From an uncultured Bacteroidota bacterium (GTDB taxonomy: Bacteria > Bacteroidota > Bacteroidia > JADZBD01), in NCBI GenBank assembly GCA_937924855.1, contig CALEYQ010000071.1, forward strand, positions 10,507-74,506: a DNA stretch of 64,000 nucleotides. Direction: 5' to 3'. Under the pieces are notes generated by a model, which was not told the origin of the DNA, did not search any database, and worked only from the letters and a program-made list of their open reading frames with translations. A program made the position numbers and the translations under genes. The first letter of the stretch is position 1, and each line of letters begins with the position of its first letter. Below are positions 39,024-48,941 of the stretch, piece after piece.

Positions 39024-39944
39024 CTATTCGAGAATCAGTTCGGTTTGTCCTATTACCGCTTTGTCGGTTACAACCTCTATCAGATATTTTCCGGGTAAAA
39101 AGGGAACATCTGTTTTGGCCGTATAAAGGGCCACAAAGGTGTCGGAGTTATTGTAGGAAACGGTAGTCTTGGCTGCAAAAAAGCCCTTGCTGTTATTGAA
39201 AGTAAACATATTGCTTTCATCGGTGCTTTTGGCAAGTTCTTTTCCGTCGGGGGTTACTATTCGGGCATAAACAATGCGTTCACCCGATTTGGCAATCCGG
39301 TTCTCACCGAGAGAAAGGGTAATCTTTATTTTTTCAACCCGCTTGGCACTTTTTGTTTCCAATTCTTTTTTGCCCCCGCTCCGATATCTGACTCCGGTTG
39401 CCCTCAGGTTGTTTGCTTTCAGAACCATACCCAGGCTAACGGTATTTTGAAGGTCTTCCTTTTCAGCCGTCAGCTGCTTGGTTTTTCCTTTTTCCTCGTC
39501 GAGTTTGTTTTGAACCTGATTTTTTTCAGCAATAATTTCTTTGTTCAGCCTTCCCAGCGAATCTATTTGCTGAACGAAATGTTTCATGATCCTCCTCAGG
39601 GTTTCGGTTTCTTTGGTCAGTTTGTGAATCATATAAGCATCGCCCTCGTGCTTTTTGGCGAGCACCATGAGGCTGTCGATCATTTTTATTTTCTGGTCGA
39701 GTTCGGCTTGCAAACGGGCATCGGATGTTTTTAGCATTTCGTATTCGCCCTTGAGCTTATCCAGGTCGGTTTGCAGCGATTCTGCTCTTTCCACAAAAAT
39801 CAGCTTTTCTTTTTCCACGGTCTCAATCCGGGTTTTCTGGGTAAAGAACAAAATGGAGAGTAAAATGATCAAAAGGGTTTCTACACCGATAATGATCAGG
39901 TAAATGCGGGGGGTTTTGTTTTCTTCTTGCTGATTTTGACTCAT
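39024..39944 (-). CDS. hypothetical membrane-anchored coiled-coil protein
   Basis: N-terminal TM (IYLIIIGVETLLIILLSILFF), a long coiled coil, and a beta-rich C-terminal domain. Confidence 0.5.
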   Translation of the reverse strand: MSQNQQEENKTPRIYLIIIGVETLLIILLSILFFTQKTRIETVEKEKLIFVERAESLQTDLDKLKGEYEMLKTSDARLQAELDQKIKMIDSLMVLAKKHEGDAYMIHKLTKETETLRRIMKHFVQQIDSLGRLNKEIIAEKNQVQNKLDEEKGKTKQLTAEKEDLQNTVSLGMVLKANNLRATGVRYRSGGKKELETKSAKRVEKIKITLSLGENRIAKSGERIVYARIVTPDGKELAKSTDESNMFTFNNSKGFFAAKTTVSYNNSDTFVALYTAKTDVPFLPGKYLIEVVTDKAVIGQTELILE

Positions 39945-40024
39945 GAATAATTTAAAACCTTTTGGTTATCGCAAAGTTACGGAAATTAGACCCGGCATTG
40001 GATAATGCCCCTTAAGTTTTCAAC

Positions 40025-40726
40025 ATGTCCCGTTCGAATATCTGGACCCAAATGCTGGATTTGCTATGGCCTCCCGTTTGCCGGATCTGCGGCGGACCTG
40101 AGGGCGGGATGAAGATCAGCGTTTGCAACTATTGCCTGGCGGGACTTCCCAAAACCTTATACCACTACTGGCCCGAAAATCCTGTTTCGAGAGTTTTTTA
40201 CGGTCGTTTGCCCCTTGTGGCTGCAACGGCCTTTTTAAATTATAATAAAAATGGAGCAACACGCAAACTGATTCACGAAATAAAATACAATAACGGCCTT
40301 TGTTTGGGCGAAACCCTGGGTATGATGCTGGGAAATGAAATTTCAAGCCTCCCTTTTTTCCGGGAAGTGGAAATGGTGGTTCCGGTTCCTCTGGCTCCCA
40401 AAAAACTAAAAATAAGGGGCTATAACCAGTGCGAATATATTGCCTCCGGAATTGCCAAAGCGGCAGGATACAATACTGCGTTTAATGCTTTGATAAGAAA
40501 CAATTACCGCGGTTCCCAAACTAAAAGAAACCGGATTAAGCGCTGGGAAAATGTAAAAGGCTCTTTTGAAGTGGCGGAACCCGGCAGCTTATACGGAAAA
40601 CACATTCTTCTGGTGGATGATGTTATTACCACCGGAGCTACCCTGGAAGCATGCGCCTCGGAAATTTTAAAGGTTGAAAAAACTAAAATCAGCATTGCCA
40701 CCCTGGCCTATACCAAAGACCGGTAA
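40025..40726 (+). CDS. comF: ComF-family protein (double zinc-ribbon plus phosphoribosyltransferase domain)
   Basis: CxxC...CxxC N-terminus and a PRTase motif ILLVDDVITTGATL. Confidence 0.8.
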   Translation: MSRSNIWTQMLDLLWPPVCRICGGPEGGMKISVCNYCLAGLPKTLYHYWPENPVSRVFYGRLPLVAATAFLNYNKNGATRKLIHEIKYNNGLCLGETLGMMLGNEISSLPFFREVEMVVPVPLAPKKLKIRGYNQCEYIASGIAKAAGYNTAFNALIRNNYRGSQTKRNRIKRWENVKGSFEVAEPGSLYGKHILLVDDVITTGATLEACASEILKVEKTKISIATLAYTKDR

Positions 40727-40727
40727 G

Positions 40728-41348
40728 CTATTTAAAGGATCGTACGCCCATGGAAGCTCCGGAAAAAAAACCAAAGCGACCATCATCGTAATAGGCTTTT
40801 GCACCACCAAAAACGGAAAAGAAAAACTCATTCCTGATTTTGAAAAAAGCCTGTACACCCGATTCGCCGAAATCCCTTATATATAGCCGCTCCCTCATGG
40901 GAAGATTAACGGTTTCGGAACAAATGGGATTGATAAAGGGCAACAATTCAACTTTTTTCCCCACCGGAATTTTAAAACCAACTCCCTCGGGAAGCAAAAT
41001 GGTAAGGAAAAGAAGAAAACGGGCAGTATTATCCAGAAAATTATCAGTCCCCGGCTCAATTTCCCCAAAGCCCCTTATGCCATGTGCCATGCCCCAAGGG
41101 GTTCGGAATCCAAAATTTCCGGGATGTTCCTTGCCCATGCCAAAGCGATAGTTAAGATACCACCGGGGTTCTTTCCCAAGGGGAATCTGGAGTGAAAGTC
41201 CGTAATAAACGGAGCCGGGATCGGCAAAAGTTTTTTCACCAAACAGCCCAAGACGGATGCTGTTTTTGTCTTTTGAGGTAGTGTCGCTTTGTCCCTGAAT
41301 GGAAAGACTCAGGGTTAAAACAAGCAACAGGGATAAAAGTAGGCGCAT
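40728..41348 (-). CDS. hypothetical secreted/outer-membrane protein
   Basis: Signal peptide MRLLLSLLLVLTLSLSIQG, and a Gly/aromatic-rich beta-type sequence. Confidence 0.5.
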   Translation of the reverse strand: MRLLLSLLLVLTLSLSIQGQSDTTSKDKNSIRLGLFGEKTFADPGSVYYGLSLQIPLGKEPRWYLNYRFGMGKEHPGNFGFRTPWGMAHGIRGFGEIEPGTDNFLDNTARFLLFLTILLPEGVGFKIPVGKKVELLPFINPICSETVNLPMRERLYIRDFGESGVQAFFKIRNEFFFSVFGGAKAYYDDGRFGFFSGASMGVRSFK

Positions 41349-41397
41349 ATTGAATTTCCGGCACAAAAGATAGGCCAATTTTTATCATATTTGTTCT

Positions 41398-41880
41398 ATG
41401 GCCGATAGCATTTTTGCAACCGGGACTACCCGGGCCGAAAAATACGCCTCCCTGCTGCCCCAAATGCAATCGCTGATGGAAGGGGAAACAGACCCCATTG
41501 CGAACATGGCCAATTTTTCATCGGTTATTCATGAGGTTTTCGGATTCCTTTGGGTTGGTTTTTACCGGGTGGTGGGAAATGACCTGGTGCTGGGTCCTTT
41601 TCAGGGCCCCCTGGCATGTACCCGAATACCCTTCGGAAAGGGGGTTTGCGGTAAATCACTGGAAACAGGGAATCCGGTGGTTGTTCCTGATGTGAACCTC
41701 TTTTCAGGGCATATTGCCTGCTCACCCCTTTCCCGGTCTGAAATAGTTATTCCGCTCAAAGGACCTGATGAAAAGGTTTGGGCCGTTTTAGATATCGACT
41801 CCTCACGCCTCAACGACTTTTCGGAAATCGATGTGAAATACCTTACCGAAATGCTCAGTCATATCCGGAATAGTGTATGA
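41398..41880 (+). CDS. GAF domain protein (free methionine-(R)-sulfoxide reductase-like)
   Basis: A ~160-aa GAF fold with the conserved CGKS region (IPFGKGVCGKS) typical of fRMsr/YebR. Confidence 0.75.
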   Translation: MADSIFATGTTRAEKYASLLPQMQSLMEGETDPIANMANFSSVIHEVFGFLWVGFYRVVGNDLVLGPFQGPLACTRIPFGKGVCGKSLETGNPVVVPDVNLFSGHIACSPLSRSEIVIPLKGPDEKVWAVLDIDSSRLNDFSEIDVKYLTEMLSHIRNSV

Positions 41881-43523
41881 TGAATAGAAGTTTTTTTGGA
41901 GCCCTGATTCCGGTTATTGCTTTTGTACTCATCCTGGCAGGCTGTGCTCAAATGCAAATTCCGGGTGGAGGCCCCCGCGATAACAGTCCTCCCAAAGTTA
42001 TAAAATACCTGCCTGACAGTGGGGCCCGAAATTTTTCAGGAACCGGCTTTCGCATTCAGTTCGATGAATTTATTTCCCTTCGTGATGTAAGCGGAAACCT
42101 CATTGTTTCGCCTCCGCTGGAAAAGAATCCGGATGTGAAAATCCTGAAAGGGAAAACCCTTGCCGTAGATTTTAATTCCCCGCTCAAACCCAATACTACC
42201 TATTCCTTTTATTTCGGGAATGCCATTGCCGATATTCGTGAAGGAAATGTGCAGGAAAATTTCAGATTTGTTTTCTCCACCGGCAATTACCTCGATTCAA
42301 ATACCATCTCCGGACGGGTTTCCGATGCCCTTACCCAAGAGGCCGGCAAAGGATTTAAGGTGATGCTCTTTTCAAATCCACCCGATGCCGATTTTCAAAA
42401 TCTAAAACCCGACTACATGACTAAGTCGGGACCCGACGGTTCCTATTCTCTTAAACATACCCGACCCGGGAAATATTTCGTGCTCGCCCTGGAAGATAAA
42501 AACGATGATTTTAATTACCTGCCCGGATCTGAGCGGGTTGCTTTTTCTGATCAGCTTCCGGATACCGGTGTGAACCGGATTTTGAACCTCAGGTATTTTA
42601 CGGAATTACCCCGGAAAACTTTTGCTTCTTCCTCTGGCCTGGTTTCTTCGGGTCATTACCGATGGACTTTTTCCCGCCCACTGGGAAAGCCAGATTTTGT
42701 TTTTCCCGGAATAAAACCCTCCAAAGACACCTTTCTCCTCAATGCCGGGAGGGATACCCTGGATTATTTTTTTAAAACACCCGCTTCCGATTTTTTTAAT
42801 GTAATTATTAAAGAACCCACCGCCGACTACCTCGACACATTCCGTATTTTTTTCGAAAAGACAGCAGCCTCCAAAAAAGAGATTTCTTTTTCTCTTCAAC
42901 CCGTTTTTTCCTCACCGGATTTAAAACAGTCTTTTTTTTCACCCATTGTCCTGAAATCTCCGGCTCCCATTGCAGGCTGGCACTTCGACGGTGAAATTCC
43001 GGAAGTAATCTGGTCGGATAAAAGGGCTCTGCATGAAGATGCCCTTTCTTTTGAAATTGGGGTCAGGGAAATAAAACTCGGTCTTGAGAATGCAAAAGGT
43101 GGCTTTCCCTGGGAACCGGAAATAGACTACAACCTTACCCTCCTGCCCGGAATTTTTACCGATTTTTTCGGAAGGACTAACGATACCCTTCATCTGAAAT
43201 TCAGTACCGATGCACCTGAAAAATACGGCACCATGAAATGGACTCTGGAGCTGCCCACGGGAAAGAATTTTATTTTTCAAATTTTGGGACCTTCCGGGAA
43301 TGTTGTTCATTCAGGAAAGGCTGGGTCGGCATGGAAATCGGGCTACCTGAAACCCGGTTCTTACCGGGCAAGATTAATTGAAGATACTAATGACAACGGC
43401 GTGTGGGATCCCGGTGATGTCGTTTTGCGTAAACAACCTGAAAACACAATTTACTTTCCCGGAAAAATTCAGATCAGGGCCGATTGGGATCACGAAGAGA
43501 AATGGAAGCCATCCGGTTTTTAG
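41877..43523 (+). CDS. Ig-like domain-containing lipoprotein
   Basis: Lipobox LILAGCAQ and beta-sandwich repeats. Confidence 0.55.
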   Translation: MMNRSFFGALIPVIAFVLILAGCAQMQIPGGGPRDNSPPKVIKYLPDSGARNFSGTGFRIQFDEFISLRDVSGNLIVSPPLEKNPDVKILKGKTLAVDFNSPLKPNTTYSFYFGNAIADIREGNVQENFRFVFSTGNYLDSNTISGRVSDALTQEAGKGFKVMLFSNPPDADFQNLKPDYMTKSGPDGSYSLKHTRPGKYFVLALEDKNDDFNYLPGSERVAFSDQLPDTGVNRILNLRYFTELPRKTFASSSGLVSSGHYRWTFSRPLGKPDFVFPGIKPSKDTFLLNAGRDTLDYFFKTPASDFFNVIIKEPTADYLDTFRIFFEKTAASKKEISFSLQPVFSSPDLKQSFFSPIVLKSPAPIAGWHFDGEIPEVIWSDKRALHEDALSFEIGVREIKLGLENAKGGFPWEPEIDYNLTLLPGIFTDFFGRTNDTLHLKFSTDAPEKYGTMKWTLELPTGKNFIFQILGPSGNVVHSGKAGSAWKSGYLKPGSYRARLIEDTNDNGVWDPGDVVLRKQPENTIYFPGKIQIRADWDHEEKWKPSGF

Positions 43524-44416
43524 AAGCCCTCAATTATCCGGTAAAGATTAAAGCCTGAAGCATTCATTCCGGCTGCAATTTTTTCTTTCAGCAATTGACG
43601 GTTGACGGATGCCATTTTACGCCGGGCAATCAACTGCCAGGCTCTTTCGGCAAACAGATATTGCTTTCGGGCCGGACTTCGGGCCGCAAAATGCGAATCA
43701 CAGGCCCCGGCGAGTTCAGCGGTGCCTTTGCCTTCACTGGCCACACATTGAATAACCGGTGGTGTCCAACCCGACACATCGCGTTCGTGAATAACCATAC
43801 TCAGGTTTTTGGCAAAAGTATCCGCACCATCACGGTCCGATTTATTCACCACAAACACATCTCCGATCTCCATGATCCCGGCTTTTAATCCCTGAACCTC
43901 GTCGCCCGATTCGGGTACCAGAACCAACACCGTGGTGTCGGCCAGGCCTGCAATCTCAACCTCACTTTGTCCCACCCCTACCGTTTCTACTACGATTCGG
44001 TCGAAAGGGAAACTCCTGAGAAGATCGGTAATCTCAAGTGTTTTTGCCGACAAGCCCCCCAGAGATCCCCGTGTGGCCAGGGAACGGATAAATACCTTGG
44101 AACTCAGGAAATGTTCCGACATGCGCAGACGATCGCCTAAAAGACTACCGTGATGAAAGGGAGAGGTAGGATCTACGGCAACTACGGCAGTACGAAATCC
44201 CTTTTCGTTGAAATTTTTTAGCAGACTGTTGATGAGGGTGCTTTTCCCTGCCCCGGGAGGGCCGGTAATTCCAATAAGGGGAATATTATAATCGGGCTTT
44301 AATTGTTTCAATAAATGCTCGCTCTCTTCCCCTCCGTTTTCTACAAGGGTAATGGCCTTCGATAATTGCCGGTAGTCGCCCCGGTTAAAAGCTTCAAGCG
44401 AAAACTCCATAAACAA
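43520..44416 (-). CDS. meaB: methylmalonyl-CoA mutase-associated GTPase MeaB/ArgK
   Basis: P-loop GITGPPGAGKST and the G3E family fold. Confidence 0.85.
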   Translation of the reverse strand: MFMEFSLEAFNRGDYRQLSKAITLVENGGEESEHLLKQLKPDYNIPLIGITGPPGAGKSTLINSLLKNFNEKGFRTAVVAVDPTSPFHHGSLLGDRLRMSEHFLSSKVFIRSLATRGSLGGLSAKTLEITDLLRSFPFDRIVVETVGVGQSEVEIAGLADTTVLVLVPESGDEVQGLKAGIMEIGDVFVVNKSDRDGADTFAKNLSMVIHERDVSGWTPPVIQCVASEGKGTAELAGACDSHFAARSPARKQYLFAERAWQLIARRKMASVNRQLLKEKIAAGMNASGFNLYRIIEGF

Positions 44417-44456
44417 AGATAGAAATAATGCGGGCCTAAATTTCTAACTTTACCGG

Positions 44457-45239
44457 GTGAGTCAAAAAGGGAACACCCCCATTTCAGCCGTTATCATTAC
44501 CTATAACGAGGAAAAGAATATCCGGCGATGCCTTGAATCGCTGCAGGGAGTAGCCGACGAAATTGTAGTCCTGGATTCCTTTTCTACCGATAAAACCGAA
44601 GAAATCTGTAAGGAATTTGGAGTGAAATTTTTAACCCATGCTTTTGAGGGACATATCGAACAGAAAAACAAAGCCATAACTTATGCCGGTTATCCCCATG
44701 TTCTATCGCTGGATGCGGATGAGGCACTTGACGAAACCCTGAAATCCGCAATTCTGAAGGTAAAAAATGATTTCAAGGCCGATGGGTATTCCATGAACCG
44801 GCTTACCAATTATTGCGGGAAATGGATTTACCATTGCGGCTGGTATCCCGACAAAAAGTTGCGGCTTTGGGATTCAAGGAAAGGAAGCTGGACTGGCATT
44901 AATCCTCACGACCGCTACGAGATGAAACCGGGTTCGCGAATAGAACACCTTCCCGGGAACATTCTTCATTACAGTTATTATACCCTCGACGATCATTACC
45001 GGCAGGTGGAATATTTCACAACCATCAGCGCAAAGGCTTTTTTTGAAAAAGGAAAGAAAGCAAGTGCCTTGAAAATGTATCTGGGTCCGGTGGTAAAATT
45101 TTTGCGCGATTACATTATTAAATTAGGCTTCCTGGATGGGTCCGCAGGCTTCACCATTAGTCGAATTTCTGCCATGGCCACCTATTTGAAATATAAAAAA
45201 CTCCGTCACCATTGGAAAATGAAGGCTCATCAGGCATGA
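44457..45239 (+). CDS. family 2 glycosyltransferase
   Basis: ISAVIITYNEEKNI, with a DxD-type GT-A fold (VVLDSFSTD, LDADE). Confidence 0.82.
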   Translation: MSQKGNTPISAVIITYNEEKNIRRCLESLQGVADEIVVLDSFSTDKTEEICKEFGVKFLTHAFEGHIEQKNKAITYAGYPHVLSLDADEALDETLKSAILKVKNDFKADGYSMNRLTNYCGKWIYHCGWYPDKKLRLWDSRKGSWTGINPHDRYEMKPGSRIEHLPGNILHYSYYTLDDHYRQVEYFTTISAKAFFEKGKKASALKMYLGPVVKFLRDYIIKLGFLDGSAGFTISRISAMATYLKYKKLRHHWKMKAHQA

Positions 45240-46225
45240 ACAGAATTATTATTTCGCGAACCGATGCCATAGGTGATGTAATTCTTACCCTTCCTGTTGC
45301 ATTTGCCCTGAAAGGAAAATATCCAGGATGCGAAATAATATTTCTGGGAAGGAAATATACGCGCCCGGTTGTTGCTGCCTGTCCCTGGGTTAATACTTTT
45401 TTGGAGGTGGAAGAGCTGCTGGAAAAATCCCGTAAAGAGGGTGTGAGAATTTTGAAAGATCTGAAGGCAGACGCCATTGTTCATGTTTTTCCCAATAAAA
45501 AAGTGGCCGCCCTGGCAAAACAAGCCGGTATTCCGGTTCGTATTGGAACCAGCCACCGCATTTTTCATTGGCTAACCTGCAATAAACCGGTGAATTTTAC
45601 CCGTAAGAATTCCGATCTGCATGAAGCGCAATTGAATTTCAAATTATTAAAACCTCTGGGCGTTTTTCAGATTCCCTCCCTGGATTTTCTGAAATCACTC
45701 ACACCCCTTGTGCCTCAGGCTCCCTTGCCTGATTTTCTGAAAAATGAAATACCGGAAGGGAAACGGATAATCATTCTGCATCCTAAATCCAGGGGAAGTG
45801 CGAGGGAGTGGGGACTTGAAAATTTTTCTTCTCTGATATCCATGTTGCCTCCCGACAATTTCCACATTTTTATTACCGGAACTGCCGGGGAAGGGGAGCT
45901 GATGAAGGGTCGTTTCGATGCTTTTGCCCATGTTACAAACCTGTCTGGCCGTTTGAATTTAAGTGAGTTGATGACCTTTATTTCGAAAACCCATGCACTT
46001 ATAGCCGCAAGTACGGGACCGCTCCATATTGCGGCGGCACTTGGGATTAAAGCCATTGGTATTTTTGCCCCCATGCGTCCTATTCATCCCGGCAGATGGG
46101 CACCTCTCGGACCCGATGCCCATGCTCTGGTTTTGGAAAAGAAGTGCTCCGATTGCCGCAAGTCGGGAGTTTGTTTGTGTATTCAATCGGTTTCCCCTGC
46201 CGAAGTTCATTCATTACTTTCCTGA
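45236..46225 (+). CDS. family 9 glycosyltransferase (LPS heptosyltransferase-like)
   Basis: RIIISRTDAIGDVILTLP N-terminus typical of GT9. The start at MNRIII gives an ATGA overlap with the GT2 gene. Confidence 0.8.
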   Translation: MNRIIISRTDAIGDVILTLPVAFALKGKYPGCEIIFLGRKYTRPVVAACPWVNTFLEVEELLEKSRKEGVRILKDLKADAIVHVFPNKKVAALAKQAGIPVRIGTSHRIFHWLTCNKPVNFTRKNSDLHEAQLNFKLLKPLGVFQIPSLDFLKSLTPLVPQAPLPDFLKNEIPEGKRIIILHPKSRGSAREWGLENFSSLISMLPPDNFHIFITGTAGEGELMKGRFDAFAHVTNLSGRLNLSELMTFISKTHALIAASTGPLHIAAALGIKAIGIFAPMRPIHPGRWAPLGPDAHALVLEKKCSDCRKSGVCLCIQSVSPAEVHSLLS

Positions 46226-46230
46226 GGCGG

Positions 46231-47313
46231 ATGAAAAAAGTAGCCATAGAAGCAAGTGCATTAGCCGGACAAGCACAGGGGGGTATTTCCTTATATACCC
46301 GTCAGCTTATTCAAAACCTTTGCTTAAACAGAGAGGAATTCCGGTATTCCTTGTCGGGAAAAATATTTACCCAAAAAAGAATTTATTCAGAGCTCAAAAT
46401 GAGTAAATCAAAATTCCATCCCTGGATTTTTGATATTATCCTGAATCCCTCCTTCGACCTGATTCATTTTCCCGATGCCCGTTACCCCGCTGCAGGTAAA
46501 AAGCCATTCGTAATTACCATCCATGATTTGGCTCTATTTAAAAATGACCTTATGAAAATTCACGGGTATTCGAGCCCTGGATTCAAGTCTAAAATAGAGA
46601 AGCGTCTCAAGAAGGCATTATCCAATGCCGCAGGTGTGATATGCATCAGCCGGAATACATTGAACGATCTGCGAGAATTTTACCCGGGAAATCTTCCTCC
46701 ACATAAAGTAATATATCTGGGATGTGATCATTTGCCGCCGTCCCATCCCGGTATTGAAGATGAAATTCTTGAAAAATTTAAACTGGACCGGGAGAAATTT
46801 ATTTTCTTTTCGGGTCTTATCTCATGGAGGAAAAATATTCCGGCTCTTATAAAGGCATTTGCAGCACTTAATGCTAACAGAGAATTTTCTCTGGTTCTTT
46901 CCGGCGGTCCGGGACCCGGGTTTGAGGAGATAATCGACCTGCCGGGGAAATTGAGAATTAAGAACAAGGTAATTTTTACCGGTTTCGTATCAGAGCCGGA
47001 GTTATCTGCCCTTTATAATACGGCTACAGGGTTTGCTTTTCCTACTTTTTACGAGGGATTCGGATTGCCGATTCTGGAGGCTTTTTCATTTGGCCTTCCC
47101 GTTCTTATTTCAAACACCGGAAGCGCACCTGAAATAGCGGGCGGACATGCTTTGCTGGTTGACCCCCGGAATCAGGATTCTTTACAACAAGGGCTTTCCG
47201 AGCTAATTAAAGGTAGGCGCAATCCGGATAGGGCCAATTATGCCGGAAAATTTACCTGGAAAAAATGTGCTGAAGAAACAAAAGCCTTTTATTCCGAAAT
47301 ATTATCGAAGTAA
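46231..47313 (+). CDS. family 4 glycosyltransferase
   Basis: GT-B fold with an EX7E-like C-terminal region (FPTFYEGFGLPILEAFSFGLPVLIS). The start is taken at MKKVAIEAS. Confidence 0.8.
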   Translation: MKKVAIEASALAGQAQGGISLYTRQLIQNLCLNREEFRYSLSGKIFTQKRIYSELKMSKSKFHPWIFDIILNPSFDLIHFPDARYPAAGKKPFVITIHDLALFKNDLMKIHGYSSPGFKSKIEKRLKKALSNAAGVICISRNTLNDLREFYPGNLPPHKVIYLGCDHLPPSHPGIEDEILEKFKLDREKFIFFSGLISWRKNIPALIKAFAALNANREFSLVLSGGPGPGFEEIIDLPGKLRIKNKVIFTGFVSEPELSALYNTATGFAFPTFYEGFGLPILEAFSFGLPVLISNTGSAPEIAGGHALLVDPRNQDSLQQGLSELIKGRRNPDRANYAGKFTWKKCAEETKAFYSEILSK

Positions 47314-48863
47314 GAAGGTAGCATAAAAAACAGCCAGGCGCTAAAGAAAGCATAAAAAGTAACCCCTGCCTGGGTTTCCAAAGTATCCTCACTGAAAAAA
47401 GAGAAAAAGGCCAGGTAGAAAAAAATCAAATACAAAACGGAAAGGCCTTTGCCCTTCAGGAGAAAGGGGTAAATCAGGGAAGTCAGAAAAATCAACAATC
47501 CAAATATCCCCGTAGCTACAGCAACAGATAAAAATTGATTATGGGGCCGGAGCCTGAATTTTTCATCAAGCGGTGAATTTATCTCCACATAAGCAGCTTT
47601 AAGTTCCCTGTCGGTGTCGCCGGCTCCCACACCAAGCCAAAAGTTATTGCTCCAAACATGCCATCCTGCCCGCCAGAATTCCAGGCGCTGAATAATGCTG
47701 TGCCCGCTCGGGTTTCCCCGACGGTTCCTGTAATCCTCCAGTTCATACAGTACCTGATGAATACGCTGGGTTATCCGGTCTTCTTTAAGATAAACAACGT
47801 TGGCTATCCCTCTTTCGATGGCACTAATTTCTTCAGCACTTAGTTTACTCAGGCCGGCACTGTCGCGGGGTAGGTTTTTTGAAGCCAGAAAACGAAGTAA
47901 TGTATACATGAGGAAATTTCCCTTTTGGTCTTTTCCATGAATTTCCATGTTACTTCTTTCCGGCCATTCCTCTTCAAGTTCCTTCCAGCAGTTGTACAAA
48001 CCAACCCTTACCCCGTTTTCTACCATGGGGTTGAGGGTATCATGCAGGTAAGGGTTTCCCGATGGGGTGTGACTTATGTCCGGGTAGCTTGCGTCATTCT
48101 GTGGTGTGAAATAAGTATTGTGAACCCCGGTAATTTTCCATGCGGTAATTCCGGTTCCCAGAATTAAAAATCCTGAAATCAGACCCAGCCTCAAAAACTT
48201 TTTGTTGCGGATCGAAATAACAAAGAAGATTAGGAGGGGACAGGTAAAAAGACAAAACAAACCGGTAATTGATTTAAGGATAATAAAAAACCAAAGGAGA
48301 AACACAAAAAGCAACAGAAAGGCGGCCAGGATGCTTTTGTTTTTTCGGAAAATGAATAAGCCGCCGCTCGCGGCAAGGCATCCCATAAGAGCCAACCGGA
48401 TGGGCGAAATGTTGCGGGTGATATCTCTCACATCCGAAAATCCTTTTCCCCACCAACCGTAATAAGTTCCCAAGGCCAGGGAACATTTGAACAAAACCGC
48501 CAGGCTAAAAAGTAGCCAAAGAGGTTTTACCCAGGATTGCCTGAAATGGGAAGTTGTTGAAAATACAAGTGGGAGCAACATCAATGGGATTTTAACCCGG
48601 ATGGCATTGTACCAATCAATGGCAGATTCGGTATAGAATCCGGAAACAAGATGAACCAGAAAAACAGAAGAAAAAAGAAGGGCAGGCGTGTTGCGGAGGA
48701 AGTTTTTTATTTTGTTGAGCAGACTTCCCTCTAAAAGCCAATTCACAAAGAGGGCAATCATACCCACCGAGATAAGAAATTTTGACAAAGGCATACCCAC
48801 CAGAATCAGGGCCAGGCAGGTGGTGAAAATGGAAGCATGAATTCCGGGGCGGAACAAAGCCAT
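47289..48863 (-). CDS. O-antigen ligase (WaaL)-like polytopic membrane protein
   Basis: Twelve or more TM helices, with a periplasmic loop carrying conserved His/Arg of the Wzy_C domain. Confidence 0.65.
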   Translation of the reverse strand: MALFRPGIHASIFTTCLALILVGMPLSKFLISVGMIALFVNWLLEGSLLNKIKNFLRNTPALLFSSVFLVHLVSGFYTESAIDWYNAIRVKIPLMLLPLVFSTTSHFRQSWVKPLWLLFSLAVLFKCSLALGTYYGWWGKGFSDVRDITRNISPIRLALMGCLAASGGLFIFRKNKSILAAFLLLFVFLLWFFIILKSITGLFCLFTCPLLIFFVISIRNKKFLRLGLISGFLILGTGITAWKITGVHNTYFTPQNDASYPDISHTPSGNPYLHDTLNPMVENGVRVGLYNCWKELEEEWPERSNMEIHGKDQKGNFLMYTLLRFLASKNLPRDSAGLSKLSAEEISAIERGIANVVYLKEDRITQRIHQVLYELEDYRNRRGNPSGHSIIQRLEFWRAGWHVWSNNFWLGVGAGDTDRELKAAYVEINSPLDEKFRLRPHNQFLSVAVATGIFGLLIFLTSLIYPFLLKGKGLSVLYLIFFYLAFFSFFSEDTLETQAGVTFYAFFSAWLFFMLPSYFDNISE

Positions 48864-48900
48864 AGATCAGGATACAAACGGGAATACGGGGATAAAATTG

Positions 48901-48941
48901 CATAAAAAATCCCGTCTGCCAAGCGGACGGGATTTCTTTTT
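48901..48941 (-). terminator. Rho-independent terminator downstream of ctp
   Basis: A 10-bp stem AAATCCCGTC/GACGGGATTT with a 9-nt loop, and a T-run on the minus strand. Confidence 0.6.

Noticed and set aside
46096-46230. Track start of the GT4 ORF at 46096, overlapping the GT9 gene by 130 nt
   Set aside because: The N-terminal 45 residues have no GT4-like sequence and lie inside the GT9 CDS. The ATG at 46231 (MKKVAIEAS), just after the GT9 stop, is the likely start.
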